Positions 30,265 through 43,113 of a stretch of DNA of 64,000 bases are shown here, piece after piece. This DNA is from Lytechinus pictus. Lineage: Eukaryota. Location of the stretch: positions 1,428,001 through 1,492,000 of the forward strand of contig NC_087252.1 of assembly GCF_037042905.1 (NCBI RefSeq), read 5' to 3'. A program made the position numbers and the translations under genes. Position 1 is the first letter of the stretch. Each line of letters starts with the position of its first letter. The notes under the pieces are model-generated. The model was given only the letters and a program-made list of their open reading frames with translations, did not search any database and had not been told where the DNA came from.

Positions 30265-31065
30265 CAAGTGGAATGCCTCTGGCCGTCTCACCTGCATCAC
30301 GCGATTCAATATAGCAGCAGTGCTGATTTTGAAAACTACTATAACTCGCACAAGATGTTCAGTGATACTTGGTTACTCTTATTTCCACGTTTTATGAACT
30401 AGACCAATACACTTATAGAGATATGATGGCAATTCAACAAATACCCCCAACGTGGCCAAAGTTCTTTGACCTTACATGACCTTTGACCTTGATCATGTGA
30501 CCTGAAACTCGCACAGGATGTTCAGTGATACTTGATTACTATTATGTCCAAGTTTTATGAATCAGATCTATAAACTTTCAAAGTTATGATGGTAATTCAA
30601 CAGATACCCCCAATTCGGCCAAAGTTCATTGACCCTAAATGACCTTTGACCTTGGTCATGTGACGTGAAACTCATGCAGGATGTTCAGTGATACTTGATT
30701 AACCTTATGTATAAGTTTCATGAACTAGGTCCATATATTTTCTAAGTTATGATGACATTTCAAAAACTTAACCTTAGGTTAAGATTTTGATGTTGATTCC
30801 CCTAACATGGTCTAAGTTCATTGACCCTAAATGACCTTTGACCTTGGTCATGTGACATGAAACTCAGGCAGGATGTTCAGTAATACTTGATTAACCTTAT
30901 GGCCAAGTTTCATGAACTAGGTCCATATACTTTCTAAGTTATGCTGTCATTTCAAAAACTTAACCTCAGGTTAAGATTTGGTGTTGACGCCGCCGCCGCC
31001 GCCGCCGCCGCCGTCGCCGTCGGAAAAGCGGCGCCTATAGTCTCACTCTGCTATGCAGGTGAGAC
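30265..31065 (-). mobile_element. Helentron-associated non-autonomous element (HINE/DINE-1-like)
   Basis: SubTIRs GTCTCACCTGCAT / ATGCAGGTGAGAC, terminal hairpin, (GCC)n microsatellite, internal ~160-190 bp tandem units, A-run (TT) flanks. Confidence 0.75.
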
Positions 31066-33209
31066 AAAAAGGGGCATCAGGAGTCAGGAGCTGAAAGGGG
31101 TGGCTTTTGAGCACTTGCCCCTGCATCAAAGTTTGAAAGGTGCGTGATTCCATTGCTTACGCTGGCTTCAAAAATTCAAAAGGTTTCCACAAACCGGGTA
31201 AGCGTTTCATGGGAAGTTTTGCATGTGATTTTCACAGAAGGATGTTATAAGCTACTGAAAATGCTTGCATCTGATTGGCTATTAACATTTGTCAGTGAAG
31301 AGCACTGACCAAACTCTTCATGAAATGCTCCTAGGGAGTTGTGCCAGCAGCGAGATGAAATGCATGCCCCAATCTCCCCACTATTAATCCTCTCTTCCCT
31401 ATTAACACATTAGAAAGCCTACATGTATGAATATGATACCGATATATGTAAAGGAATTGCAGTACAACAGAGAAACGGGTAAAGATTTTAATCCAGGCAA
31501 TGTGAAAAGGCTAAAAAAATGATTTAAAGGCAAACTAATCACTACCGATGTGAACTGCCCTAGTTATTGAATGGCTCCTTCAAGTAGTTTTCCATACATC
31601 AAGAATTTCAAGGGATTTTTTTTTCAACGTCTTTTTGTGTGTGTGTTCTCTGCTTTTCATTCTTTTTGCCTTTTTTTCTCCTGAATGTAAAGGTAATATT
31701 TTGTTTTATTCTGTTATAAAGATTTTCAAAGGTTAGATGCCTCTCTGCTTATTTATGTTCAGTATTCTGCTTTTTCATCTTTGATGTTTGTCACGGATAA
31801 ATTTATTAGTATTCATGATCAAATGAGCACAATCATTAAACCAATTTATACTTACATGTATCTTTAATTACATGTACATGGTACAATAAATAATGCATTT
31901 TACCACAGGGGGGGGGGGTTACTGCCACTGAAGATAGGACAGTATCCAAGACCAAAAAAGAAACGCTGAAAGGGGGTATTCTTGCGGATGGGCGCAGAAC
32001 ATGAAAAGAGTAAATAAAAACAGAAAAGATGACGAAAAAGCCACCTAAATCATGGTAGCCTACAAAAAGAAAAGGGTAATTTGCACCAATTGTGGGACCT
32101 TCTGTATCAAGACCCTTGAAAGGCAGTCTCCATAAAAAAAGCCTGATAAAAAGTCCATACATGAAATGTATGGACTCGAAACTCGAACCCAATTCCCCAT
32201 TTGTTTCTTTGAATTTTCTCTTTTGTATGAATTCAACTGGTTTATTGCAAGACTTGGCCCACTTTTTGTGTCAGATATGGGTCTGAGATGGCGATACCAT
32301 ACATACATGCAGTCATTGCAGAGTACACCTTTGTGCTTTCATGTACATGCACAGATATTACACGAGATATGATAGAAAACAAACAACTTAAAAACTAGGT
32401 TGGTTCATGTTTAGAAAAGCAATAATGGTGATATCAACTACATGTAGGCCTACAAAAGCTATTTGCCCCAAGGTTTCATCAACGTCACTGGTGGTAAAGA
32501 TATGAAAATGAGTTTGAAGAAAATCCAATAAAGTCACCGCTATGTAAAAGGGGGAAAAATGTGTGCAATACGATATACATGTAGTAGAAAATGTGCAATT
32601 GCTGATAAACAGACAAAAAATCATGACATTCCAGCGGGCAAGAAATGACAAGGGGGCTGGGGGCAATTTAGCCCCCGAAATGCTCAAAAGAGCACTGGAA
32701 ACAAAAAAGATAAGCCCTAGAAATCCCCATTCATCTCATCTTATTAATGTTGAAGATTTACATGTACATGTAGACAGCACGTTGTGAAGAGTAGCCCCTA
32801 CCCCCCCCCCCTGGGATTTTTTTTTTTGGGGGGGGGGCCTGCATTCCAGCCAGATGCCCTGTCTACTTCCAAGCAATAATGATACACCATCCCACATGTG
32901 CTTATTTGTGTTGGTAATCTTCATTGTGATCATTTTGCAGGATAAACGTAATAAATTCCGTGATAGAGTGTAAGGTTCAGAGCCATGTGCACCACATCGA
33001 GATACAGCATGATGTAGTGACAATAAACCTTGACTTTATGACTTTCTCATGAAACCAAAATTTGTTTGCTGCAACTACATTATTTTATCTTTAGTTTCAA
33101 GTCAATGAATAATTTCAAAGTCTATCAAACTTTCCTAGAACTCAGCGGTCAGCAGATCACAGTACTGTTAAGGCAATACAAGTCATACATGTACATGTAC
33201 ATGTATGCA

Positions 33210-33995
33210 ATTGTTACTTGCTATTAACTTCTACCTTTCTACAAATCATGTTTAATAGGATTGAGATATTGAATTTCAAATACTTTCCATCTTTCCAATA
33301 ACTTAGCCTTCTTGTTTTAATAATAATGTGTCCCTGAATTCACAAATCCTGATAAATTAACATGCAAACATAAAATTCTACTTGATAACTGTATCATTTC
33401 ACAAACTATGATCATAATCTCTCTTGGGGGGGGGGGATGAGATATTGAATCTCAAATACTGTTCAACTTTCAAAGAACTTGGCCTTCTTGTTTATCCTTT
33501 AAAAAATAAAAATGCAAACATACTAATTGTAATTGCTAACTGTACCTTTCTACAAATCTTGTTCATTATCCTGTTTGGAATGAGATATTGGATCTCAAAC
33601 AGTGTTCAACTTTCAAAGAACTTGGCCTTCTTATTTATCCTGGTAAATCAACATGTATGCAAACATACTGTAGGCCCTACTGTACCTTTCTACAAATTTT
33701 GTTCACTATCCTTTTTGGAATGCAACATTGAATCTCATACACTATTCAACTTCCAAGAACTTGGCCTTCTTATTTAATCTATCTCTGAATTCACAAATCC
33801 TAGTAAATTATCATGCCAACATACTAATTGTACTTGCTAATTGTACCTTTCTACAAATTGTGTTCATAATCTTTTATGGAATGCGATATTAAATCTCAAA
33901 TACTTTGTAACTTTCCAAGAACTTCTTCGCCTTCTTGTAAAATGCATCTCTGAATTTGCAAATCCTGGTACTTACATGTAAAAACATCCTACTTG
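33210..33995. repeat. Degenerate ~140-160 bp tandem repeat, about 5 units
   Basis: Recurring TACCTTTCTACAAAT, ATATTGAATCTCAAATAC and AAGAACTTGGCCTTCTT blocks. Confidence 0.75.
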
Positions 33996-34064
33996 TACAT
34001 GTACATGTAATACGAACAGCCCACACAACCTGCCCACACAGTAAAACAGAGTATATTACATTAC

Positions 34065-34130
34065 CAGCAGTGCCAGCCTCACGTCTCGGAAACTTACCTG
34101 TAGAAAAGAAGAAATAAACAGAAAAGAAAA
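34065..34130 (-). promoter_or_regulatory. Candidate recursive splice site (polyY-CAG|GTAAGT) with 33-nt cryptic exon
   Basis: Minus strand TTTTCTTTTCTGTTTATTTCTTCTTTTCTACAG|GTAAGT, junction 34098/34097; second donor CTG|GTAATG at 34065/34064. Confidence 0.6.
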
Positions 34131-34884
34131 TATCAATTACATACATGCATGTACAAGGGGTAGAATAACAAGAAATGATCTCAACTACAATGTACAATTG
34201 TGGGTACATGTCGGCCTAACCAGAGTATGAAGGACTATTATAATAGGCCTATATATTTTGTAAACTTTACACGCATACTGCATGCACAAAAATATGAAAA
34301 CCATACTGTGTACAAGCATAAACTAATAAAACCTACATGTATAAAGTGCATTATTTGATTTTTTCCAGATTTTCTTTCCTTTTCTAAATTTTGCACCTAA
34401 CTATATCAATTATACATCTGTCACTTACACACTCCTATCATTTGAAAGTGACAGATATTACACATGCACACCACTGTACATACACTGTACAATGTACATA
34501 CATTTACATACATGTACACTGTGTAGGGCCTACATGTCTACTATAGACCAATATCTAGACTGCATTCAATCAACAGTTTTTTTATAATTTGACTCTTCAA
34601 ACTCATTTTGAAATTATTTATAAAAAATTTGACTGTAATATAGTTTTACACAAGAAGGCAAAATTTTCCCTAAATTCAGTCCTGAAGTCTCGTTATAATT
34701 TCGTGGAGCTCAATAAATCGCTCTTATTTTTTTAGGTGCTCAAATATCGCTCTCCTTGAGGAGCTCAAGTCAATTTAATACAAAACATGTATGCAAAATT
34801 GTAGATTTTTCTTAAAATTGTAAATGCAATAGCTGTGTAGCTATTAATTAATCTGTGGTGAAACTAGGCCTGGGTCATTACGTT

Positions 34885-35840
34885 TACAAAACATCGCGCT
34901 CCTGCTTAAAAAAAAACTTTACAAAACATAGTTTGAAAAATTGCTAAATTTCCCATTTTACAATTACATCTTTAAAATGAAATGGCCATCTATTTTCCAT
35001 AATTCTTTGAAATTATTTTGATTTAGTTGAAAACTACATTGTATCAGGAAAATTAAGAATATTCAGCTCTTTCTTGACTCTGATTGATGATGTTACAGTC
35101 TGTAAATATTGTAGTCCCACATGTAGACTTCCATGGTGTTGCAACATTAACTGAAAACGATCGTTGGTCGTTTTGATCGTTACTGATTGTTTTACACGTG
35201 GTCAACACCATGAAAATCTCCATATGGAACTACAATATTTACCTAGTTAAACATCATAAATCAGAGTCAAGAAAGAGGTGAATATTCTTCATTTTTTCGG
35301 TAGTTTCCATCTTAATCAAATTAATTTCAAGGAAATATGGAAAATACATGCCTATTTCATGAATATAAAGATGTAAAATGTGATATTTCAGCAACTTTTG
35401 GTGAAAGTTTTTTGGGTTTTTTTAAAGCTAAATGAACGTAGTTGCAGTAAAACACTGGTTTCGTGAGAAAGTCTGTAAAACCAAGGTAAAGTATTGATAT
35501 ATCATCGTGGATCTAGATCTGGTACAGTTACATAAACTGAACTTTGTGAAATCATAATATCTAGCTAAAATACGATCACACTGAAGATCGCCAATACAGA
35601 TAGGCACACGTGGGACAGTGTATTATAATTGCTGGAATAATGACCCGACGGAAGTGACCGAATCTGCGCTTATTTTGCTTATTTCTCAGCAATTACACAA
35701 TTTCTTCCAGAATCCTTTGGCACATATTTTTTAATCAAACAAACAGACACTTTGGTGATCATTATATTAAATTCTGTAAATAGTCATTTTGAGATCGTTC
35801 CCACTACTGGAATTCATCTTTAAGGAGCGCGATATTTTGT
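34885..35840. mobile_element. Foldback element interrupted at TTAA by a Kolobok-like MITE (35422-35823)
   Basis: Arms ~34885-35145 and ~35200-35425 are reverse complements; the right arm resumes (ggagcgcgat) after the TTAA-bounded insert. Confidence 0.65.
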
Positions 35841-37390
35841 TCTCATTATTTTTTTCGAGGAACGTGGTAGGAACGCCGGCGGGATCGCGCTCCTCAAAAC
35901 TGAAGGTCTGTAAATCATTTTCTAGTTTAGTTGGAAAACTGTGCACAATGTACAGGACCTACAGGAAATGACAACTGTACCCAAAGAAAAAGATAATAAA
36001 GTTTATTATCATAATGACATGTTCATGTATAATGCACACCAAATAGGGTCTACTGTACATGTGTATGTGCACACAGCAGGGCTGCCAAATCTCACTCATT
36101 GAGATTGAGGCTCACTCACTTGTTACTTTCTAACTGTAACATTTTGTTTCATTTGCTCTCATTTCTACATGTATTGATCTCTAGGACTCATTTTGACCAC
36201 CATGGGAGGCTGACTCTCAAATGTAGTTATCCCATGTTAGCTGCCCTGATAAAGGCCTGATCAAGCATTAAGCGATGCTCTGAGAAATATCTGGTATTGC
36301 GAGTACATTGCAGGGGTGTGAGTGGTCACAAATAAAAGATCTGAAAAAAGCTGAAGAGTGTTGAAAAAGTCTGAAATAGAAAGAGCTCCCATACTTTTTG
36401 TACAGAGGAAGGCCAAAAATAAGCTGAAACTAGATTTTAATTCGTCATGCGGACGAATTAGGTGGTCTGTCGTATAGATAGATAAACAGGAAAAAAATAT
36501 TTAAACAGATATTAGATTGAAAAATAGATAGACAAACAGATTTACATAATCAAACAGATACATACAAGAAAGATAATTATATTAGATGGATGGAGTGATG
36601 GATGGAGAGATAAATTATAGGTGGTTATATTAATAAAACATAGACATATAAAGATAGATATAGAGAGACAGACATATAGATAGAGAGACAGACATATAGA
36701 TAGATAGAGAGACAGACTTATAGATAGAGAGATAGATTGATAGATATATAGATATATAGATAGATAGAGAGATGATTGGTGGTTATATTAATAAAACATA
36801 TATAAACATATAGATAGAAAGAGAGACAGACAGATAGATAGATAGACAGATAGATAGACAGACATATATATAGATAGAGAGACAGACATATCATGAAGCT
36901 ATTACGAGCTATCTCGTAATAGCTTCATGCTGCGTGGTCCTATCGTGTTATGTAAGCGGGCTCTAACTTTCGCCTGGCGGCTCGCCAATTGATGTTAGAT
37001 ATCGTTCCTTCGCCCGAAGGAAGCGATAACAAAGGATTAAGAGAGAAATTGGAAGATGGTTCTCCTTCTCGTGATAGCTTCATGGATAGATAGACAGACA
37101 TATAGATAGACAAACATATAGATAGACAGAGAGACAGAAATATAGATAGATAGAGAGACAGACATATAGATAGATATATAGATAGATAGATAGATACTAT
37201 CTATCTATCTATATATCTATCTATAGACGTATAGATAGATACAGAGACAGACATATAGATTGATAGAGAGACAGAAACAGATAGAGAGACAGACATATAG
37301 ATGAATAGAGAGACAGACATATAGATAGATAGATAAATATATAGACAGATAGATAGATAGATAGATAGATATAGAAACAGACAGACAGAC

Positions 37391-37429
<39 letters not shown>

Positions 37430-37614
37430 GACAGGCAGATGGATGGATAGATAGATAGACATATCTAAACAGATAGATACATATATATTAGACAGAGAGA
37501 GAGAGAGAGATAAACAGACAGATAGATATACAATGTAGGTAGATAGACAGACATATGGATAGATAGAGAGACAGAAATATAGATAGATAGAGAGACAGAC
37601 ATATAGATAGATAT

Positions 37615-37667
<53 letters not shown>

Positions 37668-39508
37668 CATATAGATAGATACAGAGACAGACATATAGAT
37701 TGATAGAGATCGAGACAGAGATAGATAGAGAGACAGACATATAGATGAATAGAGAGACAGACATATAGATAGATAGATAGATAGATAGACAGATAGATAG
37801 ATAGATAGAGAGACAGACAGACAGATAGATAGATAGATATATAGATAGATAGATAGATAGAGACAGGCAGATGGATGGATAGATAGATAGACATATCTAA
37901 ACAGATAGATACATATATATTAGACAGAGAGAGAGAGAGAGATAAACAGACAGATAGATATACAATGTAGGTAGATAGACAGACAGACATATGGATAGAT
38001 AGAGAGAGAGGGACGTATTCAAACAGAAAGATATATATTAGACAGAGAGATAGATATGTCATGTAGGTAGATAGACAGACAGATAAATAGATATGATATA
38101 AAAAGTAATTATAATCTGTTTTATTTTGCAATATTTTAGCTATTATTTGTTAGAATTCTTATAATTGATCGTGGGCAAGATAGCTAAAAAAAAAAAAAAA
38201 AAAAAAAAAAATCATGTTCACCCGCGGACTCGAACCCCTGCCTGCATGATGGAATGAGAAGTAAGTCTGACACCTAACCGATTGAGCTAGAATATTTCCC
38301 ATAGACTTAACACGTAAGCAAAACACCAGAATCTCAAATCCAATCTTGCAAGTGAATTACGGGCATGATCCCGACATCTGATCGGAAAATGAAGGAAACG
38401 CAACCGAAAGCTTAGAATCTCAGCTACAACATACTAAAAGCTCAGGGATAACTAGCAACAAAAATTGGAGATATGGCTTACGAAATAGAAGAATGTAGAA
38501 TCTAGTTTTGAGAAAAAGTCATGTCCCATAGAGATTACACGCAAAATGAGTAAAAATGACATGCCATTATTATTTGCAATTTTTGAGGATGATTTGTCTA
38601 TCAAAATGAAAAATAAAGGCAATAACTCAGAAAGAGTAAGAACTAAGCTACAACATATCAAAAATTGGGTGAAAATTGACCAATATTCACGGAGTTAGAG
38701 CAAGATTTGCATAATTATAATGACGTCATAATAGGCAAAATGGATTTTTTGAATTCCGACGCCATTTTGATGACGTCATAATATAATTGAGGGTCAAATG
38801 AGACATGAAATTATATCTCTAGTTCATACTCTATCAAAATATGAAAAAAAAATTGGGGGTCCCCATGCGTTCTGAAGAGCTACAGCGGATTTTCTATAGG
38901 CATGTTTTTGCCCATATATGGCCTATAGTGAGAGCTCGCGCGCACACGTGCTGCAAACTTTAACGGGTGTTAATTTCCTTATTAATGGTCGTAGAAGGTT
39001 GATCAAGGTATCAAATTGCTCAAAATTATATGATCAATGCAATGAAATAAAAAAAAACGGTGTTTCTGAGTTGCATTGAGGCGTTACGCGCGGAAACGCG
39101 CGCGCATACGTTTGCGCGCGCAATTTTTTGAAATGCTTAAAATGACCTAGAACGTACTCTGTTTTGGTCAAAAAGTGATTTTTAGCATTTTAAAATTTTG
39201 ACGCGCGCGTACGCGCGCGTCGTGACCTTCAGGTGACCTTTGATGACATGACCTGATGACCCTTGATCTGAAGTTTATGTCATGTGAATTTGATTTATTT
39301 TTGATAATTGATAATGGAGATATGATTGATAATGTGATTTTACAAAATGGCGTCTAGATGACGTCATGATGACGTCATGACATTAAGATTCTTGCAGAAT
39401 TGAGGTCTTATTGATGTTGATATGTGGTGATATTTTGATGATTATTGAATATGAACTTTCTGAGATTTGCTGTCCACAAGAAATGGAGGAAATAAAAATA
39501 AGAAATAA

Positions 39509-40256
39509 CTAGATTTTAATTCGTCATGCGGACGAATTAGGTGGTCTGTCATATAGATAGATAAACAGGAAAAAAATATTTAAACAGATATTAGATTGAA
39601 AAATAGATAGACAAACAGATTTACATAATCAAACAGATACATACAAGAAAGATAATTATATTAGATGGATGGAGTGATGGATGGAGAGATAAATTATAGG
39701 TGGTTATGTTAATAAAACATAGACATATAAAGATAGATATAGAGAGACAGACATATAGATAGAGAGACAGACATATAGATAGATAGAGAGACAGACTTAT
39801 AGATAGAGAGATAGATTGATAGATATATAGATATATAGATAGATAGAGAGATGATTGGTGGTTATATTAATAAAACATATATAAACATATAGATAGAAAG
39901 AGAGACAGACAGATAGATAGATAGACAGATAGATAGACAGACATATATATAGATAGAGAGACAGACATATCATGAAGCTATTACGAGCTATCTCGTAATA
40001 GCTTCATGCTGCGTGGTCCTATCGCGTTATGTAAGCGGGCTCTAACTTTCGCCTGGCGGCTCGCCAATTGATGTTAGATATCGTTCCTTCGCCCGAAGGA
40101 AGCGATAACAAAGGATTAAGAGAGAAATTGGAAGATGGTTCTCCTTCTCGTGATAGCTTCATGGATAGATAGACAGACATATAGATAGACAAACATATAG
40201 ATAGACAGAGAGACAGAAATATAGATAGATAGAGAGACAGACATATATATAGATAT

Positions 40257-40293
<37 letters not shown>

Positions 40294-43113
40294 CATATAG
40301 ATAGATACAGAGACAGACATATAGATTGATAGAGATCGAGACAGAGATAGATAGAGAGACAGACATATAGATGAATAGAGAGACAGACATATAGATAGAT
40401 AGATAGATAGATAGACAGATAGATAGATAGATAGAGAGACAGACAGACAGATAGATAGATAGATATATAGATAGATAGATAGATAGAGACAGGCAGATGG
40501 ATGGATAGATAGATAGACATATCTAAACAGATAGATACATATATATTAGACAGAGAGAGAGAGAGAGAGATAAACAGACAGATAGATATACAATGTAGGT
40601 AGATAGACAGACAGACATATGGATAGATAGAGAGAGAGGGACGTATTCAAACAGAAAGATATATATTAGACAGAGAGATAGATATGTCATGTAGGTAGAT
40701 AGACAGACAGATAAATAGATATGATATAAAAAAGTAATTATAATCCGTTTTATTTTGCAATATTTTAGCTATTATTTGTTAGAATTCTTATAATTGATCG
40801 TGGGCAAGATTACGAAAGACCATTAGTGCCACGGAGAAAAAAAAACACTATTTCTACTAATCTGTTATAACAGATTACGGTATTTCTACTAATCTGTTTA
40901 AACAGATTATAATCTGTTATAACAGATTACGGTATTTCTACTAATCTGTTATAACAGATTACGGTATTTCTACTAATCTGTTATAACAGATTACGGTATT
41001 TCTACTAATCTGTTATAACAGATTACGGTATTTCTACTAATCTGTTATAACAGATTACGATATTTCTACTAATCTGTTTAAACAGATTATAATCTGTTAT
41101 AACAGATTAGTAGAAATACCGTAATCTGTTATAACAGATTAGTAGAAATACCGTAATCTGTTATAACAGATTAGTAGAAATACCGTAATCTGTTATAACA
41201 GATTATAATCTGTTTAAACAGATTAGTAGAAATATCGTAATCTGTTATAACAGATTAGTAGAAATACCGTAATCTGTTATAACAGATTAGTAGAAATACC
41301 GTAATCTGTTATAACAGATTAGTAGAAATACCGTAATCTGTTATAACAGATTATAATCTGTTTAAACAGATTAGTAGAAATATCGTAATCTGTTATAACA
41401 GATTAGTAGAAATACCGTAATCTGTTATAACAGATTAGTAGAAATACCGTAATCTGTTATAACAGATTAGTAGAAATACCGTAATCTGTTATAACAGATT
41501 AGTAGAAATACCGTAATCTGTTATAACAGATTATAATCTGTTTAAACAGATTAGTAGAAATATCGTAATCTGTTATAACAGATTAGTAGAAATACCGTAA
41601 TCTGTTATTACAGATTATAATCTGTTTAAACAGATTAGTAGAAATACCGTAATCTGTTATAACAGATTAGTAGAAATAGTATTTTTTTTTCTCCGTGGCA
41701 CTAATGGTCTTTCGTACAAGATAGCTAAAAAAAAAAAAAAAAAAAAAAAAATCATGTTCACCCGCGGACTCGAACCCCTGCCTGCATGATGGAATGAGAA
41801 GTAAGTCTGACGCCTAACCGATTGAGCTAGAATATTTCCCATAGACTTAACACGTAAGCAAAACACCAGAATCTGAAATCCAATCTTGCAAGTGAATTAC
41901 GGGCATGATCCCGACATCTGATCGGAAAATAGAGACCACACTTGCGATAGCTTACAATCTCAGCTACAACATACTCCAAGCTCAGAGAAAACTGACTAAC
42001 AGAAATGGAGATATGGCTCGCGAAATAGAGGAATGTAAAATCCAGTTTTGAGAAAAAGTCATTTCCCATAGAGATTACACGCAAAATGAGTAAAAATGAC
42101 ATGCCATTATTATTTGCAATTTTTGAGGATGATTTGTCTATCAAAATGAAAAATAAAGGCAATAACACAGAAAGAGTAAGAACTAAGCTACAACTTATCA
42201 AAAATTGGGTGAAAATTGACCAATATTCACGGAGTTAGAGCAAGATTTGCATAATTATAATGACGTCATAATAGGCAAAATGGATTTTTTGAATTCCGAC
42301 GCCATTTTGATGACGTCATAATATAATTGAGGGTCAAATGAGACATGAAATTATATCTCTAGTTCATACTCTATCAAAATATGAAAAAAAAATTGGGGGT
42401 CCCCATGCGTTCTGAAGAGCTACAGCGGATTTTCTATAGGCATGTTTTTGCCCATATATGGCCTATAGTGAGAGCTCGCGCGCACACGTGCTGCAAACTT
42501 TAACGGGTGTTAATTTCCTTATTAATGGTCGTAGAAGGTTGATCAAGGTATCAAATTGCTCAAAATTATATGATCAATGCAATGAAATAAAAAAAACGGT
42601 GTTTCTGAGTTGCATTGAGGCGTTACGCGCGGAAACGCGCGCGCATACGTTTGCGCGCGCAATTTTTTGAAATGCTTAAAATGACCTAAAACGTACTCTG
42701 TTTTGGTCAAAAAGTGATTTTTAGCATTTTAAAATTTTGACGCGCGCGTACGCGCGCGTCGTGACCTTCAGGTGACCTTTGATGACATGACCTGATGACC
42801 CTTGATCTGAAGTTTATGTCATGTAAATTTGATTGATTTTTGATAATTGATAATGGAGATATGATTGATAATGTGATTTTACAAAATGGCGTCTAGATGA
42901 CGTCATGATGACGTCATGACATTAAGATTCTTGCAGAATTGAGGTCTTATTGATGTTGATATGTGCTGATATTTTGATGATTATTGAATATGAACTTTCT
43001 GAGATTTGCTGTCCACAAGAAATGGAGGAAATAAAAATAAGAAATAAATAAATAATAAAGAAAGAAAATTCGGACAAACATAATAGGTGATCTGTCATAG
43101 ACAGACCACCTAA
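39509..43113 (-). mobile_element. Helentron/HINE-like element, inner complete copy
   Basis: Near-identical to 36430-39508 and has both termini. Confidence 0.8.
40811..41716. mobile_element. IS3EU-like foldback element with internal 32-bp tandem arrays
   Basis: Long TIR TACGAAAGACCATTAGTGCCACGGAGAAAA; 6-bp TSD CAAGAT (40805-40810, 41717-41722); empty site at 38176-38181. Confidence 0.85.

Noticed and set aside
37217..38131. 304-aa ORF and related ORFs at 37465-37764 and 40019-40520
   Set aside because: Translation of (TATC/TGTC)n microsatellite
40850..41680. CRISPR-like regular palindromic repeats
   Set aside because: Units abut without unique spacers, sit inside TIRs with a TSD, no cas genes, eukaryotic context
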